Positions 25,000 to 36,461 of a DNA stretch of 64,000 nucleotides are shown one piece after another; the first letter of the stretch is position 1, and every line of letters starts with the position of its first letter. This DNA comes from Centroscyllium fabricii. Taxonomy: Eukaryota. Under the pieces are notes generated by a model that searched no databases, was not told the origin of the DNA, and saw only the letters and a program-made list of their open reading frames with translations. The position numbers and the translations under genes were made by a program. The stretch spans positions 433,318,001 to 433,382,000 of the forward strand of contig JBNRSN020000003.1 in assembly GCA_051313645.2 (NCBI GenBank), written 5' to 3'.

Positions 25000-25385
25000 G
25001 AGGTCCAGTGGTGGGCAAGGACACTGCTGTGTGTGTTTGGCACTGAGCCACATACACTAGCAAGATCTCAGGTTTGACTTCTGGTTTGTGCAGAGTTAGC
25101 TGATCTTGGCTATAGTTGTAGGGGCACAACAGTTGACCTCAACACCCCAAGCTAAGTAGGGGAAAAAACAGCCAAAATTGCTGCTTCCCAGAGAATCCTG
25201 CTGGAAATTGTGCACACATGGACATCAGGTGAGGACTGGACAGAATGGGGCTGGCTTGCTCCCCAGGAACCAACAACGCGCCAACACACATTTCTGCGCT
25301 CATGCAAGGAAAATGGCCAATTAGCTGAGGTACTGGAGGAGAGTCAGAGTCTATAGAACTGGACCATTCCATGAACCAGAAGGGG
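25000..25385 (+). mobile_element. Ancient tRNA-derived SINE (LmeSINE1-like)
   Basis: Motif ggtttgacttctggtttgtgcagagttagctgatct...gtagggg...aggggaaaaaacagcc. Related degraded copies lie at about 7160-7260, 20430-20540, 22150-22270(-), 24330-24440(-), 30995-31060 and 51260-51420. Family name is from memory. Confidence 0.5.
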
Positions 25386-25949
25386 AGAAACTGGACAACA
25401 AATACAATGAGCAATAAATCAGTCATGCATGCCCTAATCAAAAATTAATTCGACCACTTTTCTATTATGTTCAGCATAAAGCAGAAGCAAAACTTCAAAG
25501 CATAAATGAGAACCATATTAATTATAAGTTTATTGATGAAGAAGCCATATAGTACTCCAAGGCATTATCGTACTGTGCCATGTGGTACAAATCGTTAGCT
25601 TCAGCCAACATTCTCACGCTAACTCTGCCCAGGAGGAAGATCAAGTGGAGCCATCATTGCAGCTAACATCTAAAGTAAATAGAATCATACAGCGTAGGAG
25701 GATGACATTCGGCCCATCATGCCTCTACCGGCTCTTTGAAAGAGCTCTCCAATTACCCCCACGCCCCTTAGCCTGCAAATTTTTCCTTTTCAAGTATATA
25801 TCCAATTCCCCATTGAAAGTTAGTCACTGTGTAAAAGAAATTCTCATTTTCCCTCTGGTTCTTTTGCCAATTATCTTAAAACCAATTCTCAGTAACAAGA
25901 AGTCTCAGTACCTGAAGTGAATGCTCGGCCTTTTTTTCCCTGGCTAAAC

Positions 25950-26455
25950 TTCTAGTGTCCTGGCCAATATTTAACCTTCAACCAACATCACTGATGCACG
26001 ATCAATTACCACGAGTCGACGAAGAAAGGTAACTGAGGCTTTTATTAGCAAAGAACTGGAATACAGATCTTGTCACTATCAGGTCCTGGAATGCCACGAG
26101 GTCAGCAGGGCTGCCACCTTTATACAGCCGTCTGTGGGTGGAGCCAGGAGGCGGAGCCGGCTGAGGCATCCCAGGTAGATCTCAGGTGGGCAAGAGGTAA
26201 CTATGTACAATACAGAGACTATATACAATACAGCAGTATTAGTGGTAAACGGTTTACCACAATCACTAAAACAGATTATTCGGGCATGTATCTCATTGCT
26301 GTTTGTGGGACCTTGCTGTACACAAACTGGCTGCTGCATTTCCCCACATTAAAAGTAACTACAATTTTTAAAGACGTACTTCAATGGCTGTAAAAGTGCT
26401 TTGGGGCGTCCTGAGGTTGGGTGAAAGGCACTATATAAATGCAAGTTCTTTCTTT
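25950..26455 (+). mobile_element. Deu-domain SINE (SacSINE1/AmnSINE1-like) 3' part, split by a solo LTR
   Basis: gtgtcctggccaatattta...caacatcac|taaaacagattat...ctcattgctgtttgtgggaccttgctgt...tatataaatgcaagt, ending in an L2-type tail. Confidence 0.7.
25992..26261 (-). mobile_element. Solo LTR (270 bp)
   Basis: TG...CA termini and a 5-bp TSD ATCAC (25987-25991 and 26262-26266). The minus strand shows TATAAA (about 26119-26124) upstream of AATAAA (about 26041-26046). Confidence 0.85.
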
Positions 26456-26949
26456 CCATCCTTACTCTTAACAATTTGCCCTACTCTTAAGCAGAACAAT
26501 GCAGTGCAAGTGACATTGTCTTGTGCTGGAAGATGAGAGATTTGGGTAGGAAAGAAAGTAAACAGATGTCAAAGCTTATTGAATTCTAATCTGAATTGTT
26601 TCCCCGTGAAGTTCCTGAAAGCACCTTCATCTGGATAAATTACTATCTTAATAAGTTTATTGCAGGTTACATTGCATCCTGATAACCGTGAATGGTGAAT
26701 ACACAAACAAGCATACTTCCTTTTGTTTAGTTTCCATTTTATCTCATTTATATTCTCACTTTTATGTTTTCAGCTAGGCAAGGTCGGCAAATTAGACATG
26801 GTCATCTCAATGGCTCCAAAGTTACCCCATTCCACATAGTACAGCACCTGAAGGTGAGATTTTAAACATCAAGGTTTCTTCCTGTGGAGGCAAGGTGGCC
26901 CTCTACAGCAAACATTTATTGTGATCCAATAAAACAAATTACTTAGCGC

Positions 26950-27400
26950 AATGACAACCTGCACTTGTATAACTTGTTTAATGAGCAAAAGCATTCAAAG
27001 GCACTTCACAAAGTGGGCGTCACGTCACGTCCCACCATAAATAGAGAGAACAATTGGGGAGGTGATCTAAGGCACGTTTTTAAAGGAGGCTTTTGAATGT
27101 ACGGAGCGACATGGCAAGGTGTTGTGGTTTGGGAAACGCATTCCAGAGTACGGAGTTGAGGTAGCTAAAAGCTCTACTACTGATGGAGCAAAAAAGGGAT
27201 GAAAAATGTACAATAGACCAGAACTGGAAGAGCAGAGGGTGCAAGCGAGATGTAGAGAGAAAAATGGGTGGAGGGGAAAAATGAGGATGAGGATATCTGA
27301 AATCATTGTGATGGGGAATGGAGAGCCAATGGAGATTTGAATGACTGACTAATAAGACTTATGCAAGTTGGTATGTGGATGGCGAAATTCTGAATGAGTT
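26950..27400 (-). mobile_element. Degraded L2 LINE 3' fragment
   Basis: acaacctgcacttgtataac...aaggcacttcaca...ttttaaaggagg...cattccagag...agagccaatggag, similar to the better-preserved copy at 51597-51960. Confidence 0.55.
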
Positions 27401-27499
27401 GGGGTTTATGTAGTTGCACACCACTGGGTTCAGTCTGAGTCTGCAGGTAGAGATACTTGAGTGGAACTAATGAACAGGTTAGCTTTGGTCTTGCCAATA

Positions 27500-28221
27500 T
27501 TTATTTATTCATTCATGGTATGTGGGCGTCGCTGGCAAGGCCAGCATTTATTGCCCATCCGTAATTGCCCTTCAGAAGGTGGTGGCCAGCCTCCGCCTTG
27601 AACCGTTGCAGTCCGTGTGATGAAAGTACTCCCACAGTGCTGTTAAGTAGGGAGTTCCAGGATTTTGGCCAAACGACGATGAAGGAACGGCAATATATTT
27701 CCAAGTCAGGATGGTGTGTGACTTGGAGGGGAACTTGGAGGTGGTGGTGTTCCCATGCGCCTGTTGTCCTCGTCTTTCTAGGTGGTTGAGGTTGCGGGTT
27801 TGGGAGGTGCTGTCGAAGAAGCCTTGGCGAGTTGCTGCAGTGCATCTTGTAGATGGTACACACTGCAGCCACGGTGCGCCAGTGGTGGAGGGAGTTAATG
27901 TTTAAGGTGGTGGATGGGGTGCCAATCAAGTGGCCTGCTTTATCCTGGATGGTGTCGAGCTTCTTGACTGTTGTTGGCGCTGCACTCATCCAGGCAAGTG
28001 GAGAGTATTCCATCACACTCCTGACTTGTGCCTTGTAGATGGTGGAAAGGCTTTGGAGAGTCAGGAGGTAAGTCACTCGCCACAGAATACCTAGCCTCTG
28101 ACCTGCTCTTGTAGCCACAGTATTTTTGTGGCTGGTCCAGTTAGGTTTCTTGTCAATGGTGACCCCCCAGGATGTTGATGATGGTGGATTAGACAATGAT
28201 AATGCCGTTGAATGTCAAGGG
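27500..28221 (-). mobile_element. Non-LTR retrotransposon (CR1/L2 group) RT C-terminus and 3' tail
   Basis: ORF 27513..28196 (GVTID..NWTSH...YKAQVRSVMEYSPLAW...LDTIQDKA). Tail ATAAATGCTGGCCTTGCCAGCGACGCCCACAT...GAATGAAT. Confidence 0.9.
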
Positions 28222-29225
28222 CAGAAAGTCAGTCATGGAGAACGGAAAGTAATTGTGGTATGGAGGATGACAGAGAAGTAATATGGTTATCCTCACCATA
28301 TATATATCAAAGTTGAAAATAACTTTAAACCAACATAGTTTTCTCTTGAAAGCTTTGATTTCTGATTTCACAGGAACGGACAGTCCTCCATTTCCTCACC
28401 CAAATGACTATTCTTTATTTGTGAGCTTAATCAATGAGTGTCGACAAGCTGTCGGGAACGAGGATTTTAAAATCAATTATCTGGGACATGGGAAGGCACA
28501 GAAACTTGGCAAGGATGGGAGCGATGGGAATATGGTAAATTATAGCTTGTGGGGAAACCAAGCCTTATTGGGGATCAGAGTTTCAGTAGCAGTGAGGGCT
28601 ATTGAGTTGGCAGCCTGATCTCAGTGGAGTACATTAAATGTAAAAAAGTCACCAACCTTAAAATAGATTCTAATAGGCAAGCTTCCTTCCATCTTCAATG
28701 ACTATAATTGTGGCAAAACTTCCTTTCTGGTAACAGATTCATGGCGATAACTCTCACTATATTGCTTCAACCTAACTACTCCACACTCCACCACAATGTC
28801 ATTCAGGGACAGAACAAAGAGCTTTCAATTATCTTAGAACATGAAACAGTTATTCTTAAATCTTATAACTCGTGCGACTTAAAACAAGTTTGTTCTAAAT
28901 GTAACACTTTGCACTTCTGCCACAGAATGAAAAGATTGATAAGGAGTACTTTAGTAGAACAACATTGTGGAACATGCCACATCAGAACAACTGGGGATCA
29001 AATCCTAGTCTTGGCTAGTTTCCTCCCCCACAAAGTTACTTATTTCCTCTAGCTCAGATTTGATTGTGGGTGAGGTGGAAAAGTTTGCAAGGTATTTCAC
29101 TTCAGTGACTTCTAATGATTGAGCACTGCATGGCACTGGCCGAGACCACAGAAATGCCCTTTCAGCCATAATCGAGGGAGTACTGTCAAGGAGGATATGA
29201 AGGAGATAATTAACTAAAAGATATA

Positions 29226-29836
29226 GGGCCGTATTTTTCGACGGCCGCACAGGTTTAGGCATGCACTAAAACCCAGAACTTGCGATGTCAAGAATCCTCC
29301 ACATCCCCAGGAGAAGGGCCTCTGTGGGTAGAGAGTTGTGCTATTTGCCCAACTTCCGACCGCAAAATTCTTACACCTGGTAAAAGCAGGCGTAAGGTCT
29401 GCTTTTAGCAACATAAGAGTTTTAAAAAATAGAAAAATAAAATTGGACAGGGTTTATACATTAAAAACCCTGTCCAATAAGGTAAGTTTGTTTTTAGCCC
29501 CATTAAAACAAACTTTTCCCCCAAAAATATTAATTTTAAATATGCAATGTTTTAAAACATTTATTTCATGTTTGTGTATTTTTTAAGTGATCCCCATTGA
29601 TACTTATGGGAGTTCAGTACGTACAGAACTTTAATTGGTTGGGCCGGCCCACTTGATTCCAGGAGCGCTTGCGAACCGCATGTGCACCGAGAATATGTGG
29701 GCCTCTGCCCACGCGTACCCAGAGGCGCCCAGGATCTCAATTCTTCATATCTCCCGAGCCACCAAGTAAATCTGTAGATTTTTTACATGTCAGATGCATC
29801 CGCCCACAGGAAGCCTCCGATCGCAAACTTTGGGCC
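29226..29836. mobile_element. Degenerate Harbinger-like MITE
   Basis: Imperfect TIRs GGGCCGTATTTTTCGA / TCGCAAACTTTGGGCC, flanks ATA and ATG, CpG-rich arms around an AT-rich core. Confidence 0.55.
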
Positions 29837-30452
29837 ATGATATATTTCCTAATAACTGCACTATTCGATGTCTTGAATTCAGAGAGGATTGCCAAGCATT
29901 ATATGTCAACAATGGTAATGGCCTACAGTCCCCTCAAAGGATTAAGTACAACATTGCCTGAATCCAATTTAGTGTCATAGATAGCACTGCAGCCAAACAA
30001 AAAGCTGAGTGACAATCAAATGCAATAAATCAGAACAATTACTTTCCTTCCAATTAAATCAAATGGTTTAGTGCAGAAGATGCCAGTCAAAGACATCACA
30101 TTTTAATTAGTGTCTACTTTATCAATTGACCCTAGGTTTTTTTTTCAGTTTCTACATAAGCTTTCAATAATGTAGAGACATCTAGATCTTTTTAAAAACA
30201 CATTAACTTAGCAGTGTAATTCTACTTAGAAAGACAGTTTCATTAACAAAAAGACAGAAAAACAATTTCCAAAACCTTGCCATGGACTATTTATCATCAT
30301 GTTGGCATGTCAACACAGACTGGTAGCTGCTTCAGGATTAATGAATCAGTAAGGTGAAACAGACAGGATGTGGGTAGCTTTAGGAAATAATGTCAGTTGT
30401 ATTTGGACCTGGAAAATACAAAATATGACTTTTACCTCATGTCATATATTAC

Positions 30453-30585
30453 CTCAAATTTCTGAATCTCTTGTCGCAGTTTCTCGACAGTCTGCCCAAT
30501 TTCTGCCAGCCTGGGATCCACACTGTTCGGATCACCCATTTGAGGATTCTTGATGTATACATCCTTCATCTTTGTTAAAGCATCT
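30453..30585 (-). CDS. FNBP1: FNBP1 exon, 133 nt, HR1 domain ([44 protein letters not shown])
   Basis: [14 protein letters not shown] motif. Boundaries are cag| and |gtaat, and phase 2/0 fits both neighbouring exons. Confidence 0.96.
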
Positions 30586-31621
30586 CTGAGGATTTAAAAA
30601 AATATAAATTCAGTGCACCAATTTCTGTTATTCCAGTTGGAGCCCACTGTTAGTTATTTCAGTAATGTTGTTTGACACCAAGTGAAAGTAAATGGGATCA
30701 GTTTACGAGAAGGCTGTTTTGCAAGGAAACTATTAGCCAAATGTACACTCAATTCCACCCCCCCCCCCCGCCGCCCATCTATTGTGGCACTTGCTTGACT
30801 TGCGGAAAACAGGGAGTGTGATCTGCATACCCTGGTTTCAGCCTTTAATTACAAACCTTCCAAATTAAGGAGAGAAATGGGAGAAAAATGAATGATTTTA
30901 GCCATGTAAGTAAATGACTGGTGCCATGTTCATAGTAGGAGATGGTTACCGAAAAATCAACTTCCCCAAATGGCTTAGCTGATACACAGGGCTGGAAGGT
31001 TGATCCCGGGTTTGAGCTGAAATAATTGATCTCAGCCAGAGATGCTACAATTACCTCACGTTTATGAGGGAGGAATGGGGGAGGAAGGGAAGGAAGAACT
31101 TGCATTTAAAATGGCCTTATAAGGTCTTCAGAATATCTCAAAGCACTTCACAACCAAGTGCAGACACCGATATTATGTAGGCAAACTTCCCTCAGGAATA
31201 CTTTGCAGATGTGAGTCACACTGGATTTGAGAGTCACTTGCTACCTTTAAAACACTGCATCAGTACAGCTACATCATATCCTGTGTGACCATCACAAAGA
31301 TCGGGCAGTCTGATGCTTGCAACTAAATAAAATGCTTCCTAAAATATAATGTCCTGTATCGCTAAGCCTGTATTGACTTGATATTATTTGTAGACCTACA
31401 ATTGCTGTTACCTGCTGAAGTGCAAGTAATGCTGATGCACTTAATGTCCAATAAAGATTATAATGCAATGATGAAATAGATTTTGGCAGAACCTACAGTT
31501 CTCTATTACTTCAGCAGCACAAACCTACTGACCATATTTTTACACTGCAGTGAATGACTGTATAACATAAACTAGATAGAATTTTACAGCATAGAAACAG
31601 GCCATTTGGCCCAACAGGTCT

Positions 31622-31960
31622 TTTAAAAAAAAATATTTGTTCCGGGATGTGGGGTTGCTGGCAAGGCCAGCATTTATTGCCCATCCCTAAATCGCCTTCT
31701 TGAACTGCTGCAGTCCGTGTGGTGAAGGTGCTCCTACAGCACTGTTCGGGAAGGAGTTCCAGGATTTTGACCCAGCGACGATGAAGGAATGCTGATATAT
31801 TTCCAAGCCAGGATGGTGTGTAACCTGGAGGGGAACTTGCAGGTGGTGTTCCCATGCGCCTGCTGCCCTTGTGCGTCTAGGTGGTAGAGGTCGCAAGTTT
31901 GGGAGGTGCTGAAGAAACCGTAGCGATTTGCTGCAGTGCATCTTGTAGATGGTACACACT
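31622..31960 (-). mobile_element. 5'-truncated copy of the LINE family at 27500-28221, inserted into a CR1 tail
   Basis: VCTIYKMHCS...HHLQVPLQVTHHP. 6-bp TSD AGGTCT at 31616-31621 and 31961-31966. Confidence 0.85.
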
Positions 31961-32135
31961 AGGTCTATGCCAGTGTTTATGCTCCACACAAGCCTCCTCC
32001 TACCTTACTTCATCTCACCCTATCCTTCGATTCCTTTCTCCCTCGAGTACTTACATAGCTTCCTCTTATAAACCTCCATACCGTGCCTCTATCCTGAACT
32101 GAGAAGTCTAGCAAGTCTGAGTCTCCACCAATCTT

Positions 32136-32570
32136 AGGAATACAAGAACAGAAGTAGGCGATTCAGCTCCTCAAGCCAGTTCTGCCATTCTATCGGATCT
32201 TGGTTGATCTGCACCTCAACCCCATTTACCCGTCTTTTCTCCATATCCATTGACACCCTTACGTAACAAAAATCTATCAATCTGTGTCTTGAAAATTTCT
32301 ATTGACTCAGCATCCACAGCCTTTTGAAGAGTTTTCCCGAATTCAACTCTTAACTGGCCTGGTTCTAATTTTAAGATTATGCTCCCTTGTTCTGGATTCC
32401 CCCCCCACCGCCCCACCAGAATAAATTGCTTCTCGGTATCTACCCTATTGTATCCCTTTATCATCTTAAAACACCTCAATTAGACCTCTCAACCTTCTAA
32501 ACTCAATGGAATACAAACCAAATTTATGCAACCAGCTATCATGATTTAACCCTTTAAGCCCCAATATCAG
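32136..32570 (-). mobile_element. CR1 LINE 3' fragment
   Basis: ORF 32216..32479 (FKMIKGYNRVD...FKTQIDRFL..KG..GYG) plus the tail. Confidence 0.85.
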
Positions 32571-32589
32571 TTGATTTTAACAAATTTTC

Positions 32590-33808
32590 TAGTTTTTTGA
32601 GGACGTAACTAGCAGGGTAAGTAAAGCGGAACCAGTGCATGTAGCATATTTGGATTTCAAAAAGGCATTCAAAGGTGCCACAAAAAAGGTTGCTATGCAT
32701 GATAAGGGCTCATGGGGTTGGGGTAATATATTAGCATGAATAGAGGATTGGTTAACGGACAGAAAACAGAGTAGAGATAAACATGTCATTTTGTGGTTGG
32801 CAATCTGTAACGAGTGGGGTGCCACAAGGATCAGTGTTGGGGCCTCAGCTATTTACAATCTATATTAATGACCTAGATGAAGGGACCGAGTGTTTGCAGA
32901 CGATAAAAAGCTAGGTGGGAAAGTAAGCTGTGAGGAGGACACAAAGAGTCTGCAAAGGGATATAGATAGACTGAGTGAGTGGGCAGTAAGGTGGCAGATG
33001 GAGTATAATGTGGGGAAATGTGAGGTTATTCATTTTGGTAGGAAGAATAGAAAAACAGAATATTTTTAAAATGGTGAGAAACTATTAAGTGTTGGTGATC
33101 AAAGAAATTTAGGTGTCCTTGTGCATGAAACACAGCAAGTTAAGATGTAGGTACAGCAAGCAATTAGGAAGGCAAATGGCGTGTTGGCCTTTATTGCAAG
33201 GGGTTGGATACAAGAGTAAGTAAGTCTTACTGCAATTGTGCAGGGCTTTGGTGAGACCACACCTGGAGTTCTGTACAGTTTTGATCTCCTTATCTGAGGA
33301 AGGACATACTTGCCTTAGAGGCAGTGCAACAAGGTTCACTAGATTGATCCCTGGGATGAGAGGCTTGTCCTCGGAGGAGAGATTGGGCCGATACTCTCTG
33401 GAGTATAGAAGAATGAGAGGTGATCTCATTGAAACATATAAGATTCTGAGGGGGATTGACAGGGTCGATGCCGAGAGGTTGTTTCCCCTGGCCGGAGAGT
33501 CTTAGAACAAGGGGGCATAGTCTCAGGATAAGGGGTCGGCAATTTAAGACTGAGATGAGGAGGAATTTCTTCACTCAGAGGGTTGTGAATCTTTGGAATT
33601 CTCTACCACAAAGGGCTGTCGGTGCTGAGTCATTGAGTATATTCAAGACAGAGATGGATAGATTTTTGGGCACTAAGCGAATCAAGGGATATGGAGATCG
33701 GACAGGGAAGTGAAGTTGAGGTCGATCATCATCCATGATCTTACTGAATGGTGGAACAGGCTCGAAGGGCCATATGGCATACTCCTGCTCCTAATTATGT
33801 TCTTATGC
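32590..33808 (+). mobile_element. CR1 LINE fragment, RT domain to 3' tail (decayed)
   Basis: [64 protein letters not shown] and the tail actcctgctcct. Confidence 0.93.
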
Positions 33809-34278
33809 TGGTGAATCTGCGTTGTACCCCCTCCTGAGGTGCAGTGTCCAAAACTGAATACAGTACTCCAAATAGGGTTTTGAATGAGGTTCTGTACAAT
33901 TGAAGCATCATGTCTTCACTTTCGCATTCTAAACTCCTCAAGATAAAAGGCCAACATTCTATTCGCCTTTCTGCTTGCTTTTTATACCTGTGCACTGTCT
34001 CTCCCCATTTGTCTTTCTCGGATCACCTCACGCTTCCCCACATTGAACTCCATCTGCCATAGTTTTGCCCACTCACTCGGTTTCTGTCCGTTTGCAACTT
34101 CCTGCTTCCATTTACACAACTTGCTGTGCCTCCCAACAGTGTCATCTCACTAATCCTTCATCCAAATCATCAATATAAATGGTGAAAAGCGGAGACCCCG
34201 GCACAGATCCCTGGGGAATACCACTTGTCACACACATCCTGCCAATCAGTGAACATTCCCTTTAACCCTACTATCTGT

Positions 34279-34569
34279 TCCTGGGACTAGGGACAGGGTC
34301 ACTGGCAAGGCTTGGAAGCTAAGCAGAGCCAGGCCTGGTTAGTACTTGGATGGGTGACCACCAGGGAATACCAGGTGCAGAAGGTCACGAAAGGAGCCCC
34401 GGGGAGGGGCGGTTGGCTGAAGATTGTCGGAAAGATGGAAGATGGAATGGCAGCGCACACAGACGCAGCGGCTTTGCTGGACTCTTGGGAGCTTGCAAGA
34501 TCACATTTCGTTGTTCACGTACTTGTACATTGGATAATGACAATAAAAGTTGAATTATTATTATTATTA
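34279..34569 (+). mobile_element. Composite 5S-derived SINE-like element with Rex1-type tail
   Basis: Order is a 32-nt leader, the 5S 3' two-thirds, a unique body, then the tail tttcgttg...gtacttgtac...aatgacaataaaagttgaa(TTA)n. 6-bp TSD ATCTGT at 34273-34278 and 34570-34575. Confidence 0.75.
34311..34384 (+). pseudogene. 5S rRNA-derived segment (about nt 44-117, the internal control region)
   Basis: cttggaagctaagcagagccaggcctggttagtacttggatgggtgaccaccagggaataccaggtgcagaagg has about 10 mismatches in 74 nt against vertebrate 5S as I recall it. The 5' third and the oligo-T terminator are absent. Confidence 0.92.
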
Positions 34570-35028
34570 ATCTGTCTCCTACCTCCCAACCAATTATCAA
34601 TGCATGTCACAAGGTGAAATCCTATTCAGTGAACTTTCATTTTTGAAAATCTCTTGTGCCTTCTGAAAGTCCACATGGAAAACATCCACAGACACTCTCT
34701 TATCCACCGTGTCAGTGACTTGCTCAAAAAATTAAATTAGTCAGATGTGACCTAGCCTTCACAAATCCATGCCAACTCTTAGGAGGAATGTAACAGCACC
34801 ACAGCTGAATCATTTGTTTGGACAGAAGCTCAGACAATAATCTGCATGAAATTGGGGGTGGGGCAAGAGTTTCTTGTTTGCTGGCTATAACAATGCTGTA
34901 TGAAATAAGATTGGGCAATCTCAAAACAATTCAGCAACAACTGGTTGTCCAATTAGATGCAACAAGGATGGCTGGTATTAGAAATGGAAATGTCATATTG
35001 GTACAGTAGAGGTGGATTAACTGTGGTT

Positions 35029-35425
35029 ACATAGAAACATAGAAGATAGGAGCAGGAGTAGGCCATTCGGCCCTTCGAGCCTGCTCCGACATTCAATGAG
35101 ATCATGGCTCATCATCCAAACCCAGTACCCCGCCCCTGCCCTCTCCCCATATCCCTCTCGAGCCTGCACAGACACACATCCCACCCTATCCCTGTAACCC
35201 CACATAGTCAATCCCCCTAACACTAAGGGTCAATTTATCCTGGCCAATCAACCTAACCCGCACATCTTTGGACTGTGGGAGGAAACCGGAGCACCCGGAG
35301 GAAACCCACGCAGACACGGGGAGAATGTGCAAACTCCACACAGATAGTCACCCGAGGCCGGATTTGAACTCGGGTCTCCAGTGCTGTGAGGCAACACTGC
35401 TAACCACTATGCCACCGTGCCGCCC
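35029..35425 (-). mobile_element. HE1-type V-SINE, full length
   Basis: tRNA-like head (GGGCGGCACGGTGGC..GTGGTTAGC, GTTCAAATCC), V-domain CCCCGTGTCTGCGTGGGTTTCCTCCGGGTGCTCCGGTTTCCTCCCACAGTCCAAAGA, and a CR1-type tail with (TTCTATG) repeats. Confidence 0.93.
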
Positions 35426-36351
35426 CGGTTGAAGTTAAGGCACAATATTGGAGTTTACTACATTGTCTGCCAAAATTGAAAGTATTTAATTCAACAGCAC
35501 TAACAACCTTTGCCCTCAAGTACCAATAGTTAAAAAAATTAACTCATTTAAAAATAACTTGAGTGGTCCAATAGATTCCTTTGGGCACCTTATGGTTTTT
35601 CAAGGTGACCCAACATTCCCAGGCTAAGATCTCCAAGCAATGGTCTTTCTTGATGGTTTCTGCAAAAGGTGGTTCTACATACACAACCACTATGCACCTT
35701 CATCTCTTCCTAGTTCCTTTAAATATTCATTTTATTTTATTAATTCTGCCTTGATGGTTTCCTTTGAACTGACAACCTAACAAGCAGCGATAATATGGAG
35801 GGTGGGAGGGTCTCTACTGCATATAGTGGAAGAAAGATGCCATTCAAAGTATCTTACTTAACTCCCTCCCCCTCTCTTCTCCGTGTGGTTGTGATAATGC
35901 ACAGAGTTATTTTATAGGCATTATGTGGATTTAAAGAAAAACTAATGATCAGCTGTGCTAAAACCCGATATGTTAAGGGCCTTCTTCGTTGAATCACCAA
36001 ATATTTAGTGATTTTATCTTTATTTTTATTATCGAGTATGTACATTGGTCTTTAACTGGTGAGATTAGCTAATAGGTTTCCAGGGCATAAGATGAAGAGA
36101 GATCAAGAGTAAGATAATAACTAATTCAATGAAAAATTTCAATTACAAGTAACTGAGGATGCTAAATGCTCATTATAGAATTTTAACAGATAATGACTGT
36201 TGCATATTAAAAAAGGCATTTATGAATATGTTGCAGTACCACATAATATTGCTACTTAAAATGCTCTGCAAAGTACGGTCGTTAATTAATTGTGGTCAAT
36301 ACAATCAAATGAAGAAAAATATTTTCTTGTTGGTGGTAAGCTCCCTCTTAC

Positions 36352-36461
36352 CTTTGATCGCACTCTTTCTGAATTTCTTTATTAATCTCATCAATTTTTT
36401 GTTGAAGTTTCTTTCTCCGTTGCTCTGGTGGCAGATGACTGAAGTCTTCTGGTCCCGAGCC
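36352..36461 (-). CDS. FNBP1: FNBP1 exon, 110 nt, start of HR1 domain ([37 protein letters not shown])
   Basis: Hand translation gives the [16 protein letters not shown] signature of the CIP4/FBP17/Toca-1 family. Boundaries are cag| and |gtaag, phase 0/2. Confidence 0.96.

Larger units (their letters stand above)
33809..34760 (-). mobile_element. Older CR1 RT fragment, host of the 5S-derived insertion
   Basis: Reverse strand gives ARSHLTNL, DFQKA, SGIPQGSVPG, WQMEFNVGK. It is split at 34279-34569. Confidence 0.8.

Noticed and set aside
34311-34384. Functional 5S rRNA gene
   Set aside because: It lacks the 5' ~43 nt and the oligo-T terminator, has about 10 substitutions, is not in a tandem array, and is embedded in a TSD-flanked insertion.
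35345-35425. tRNA gene (also 55279-55345)
   Set aside because: The A/B-box-like head runs directly into the V-domain and CR1 tail, so it is a SINE head.
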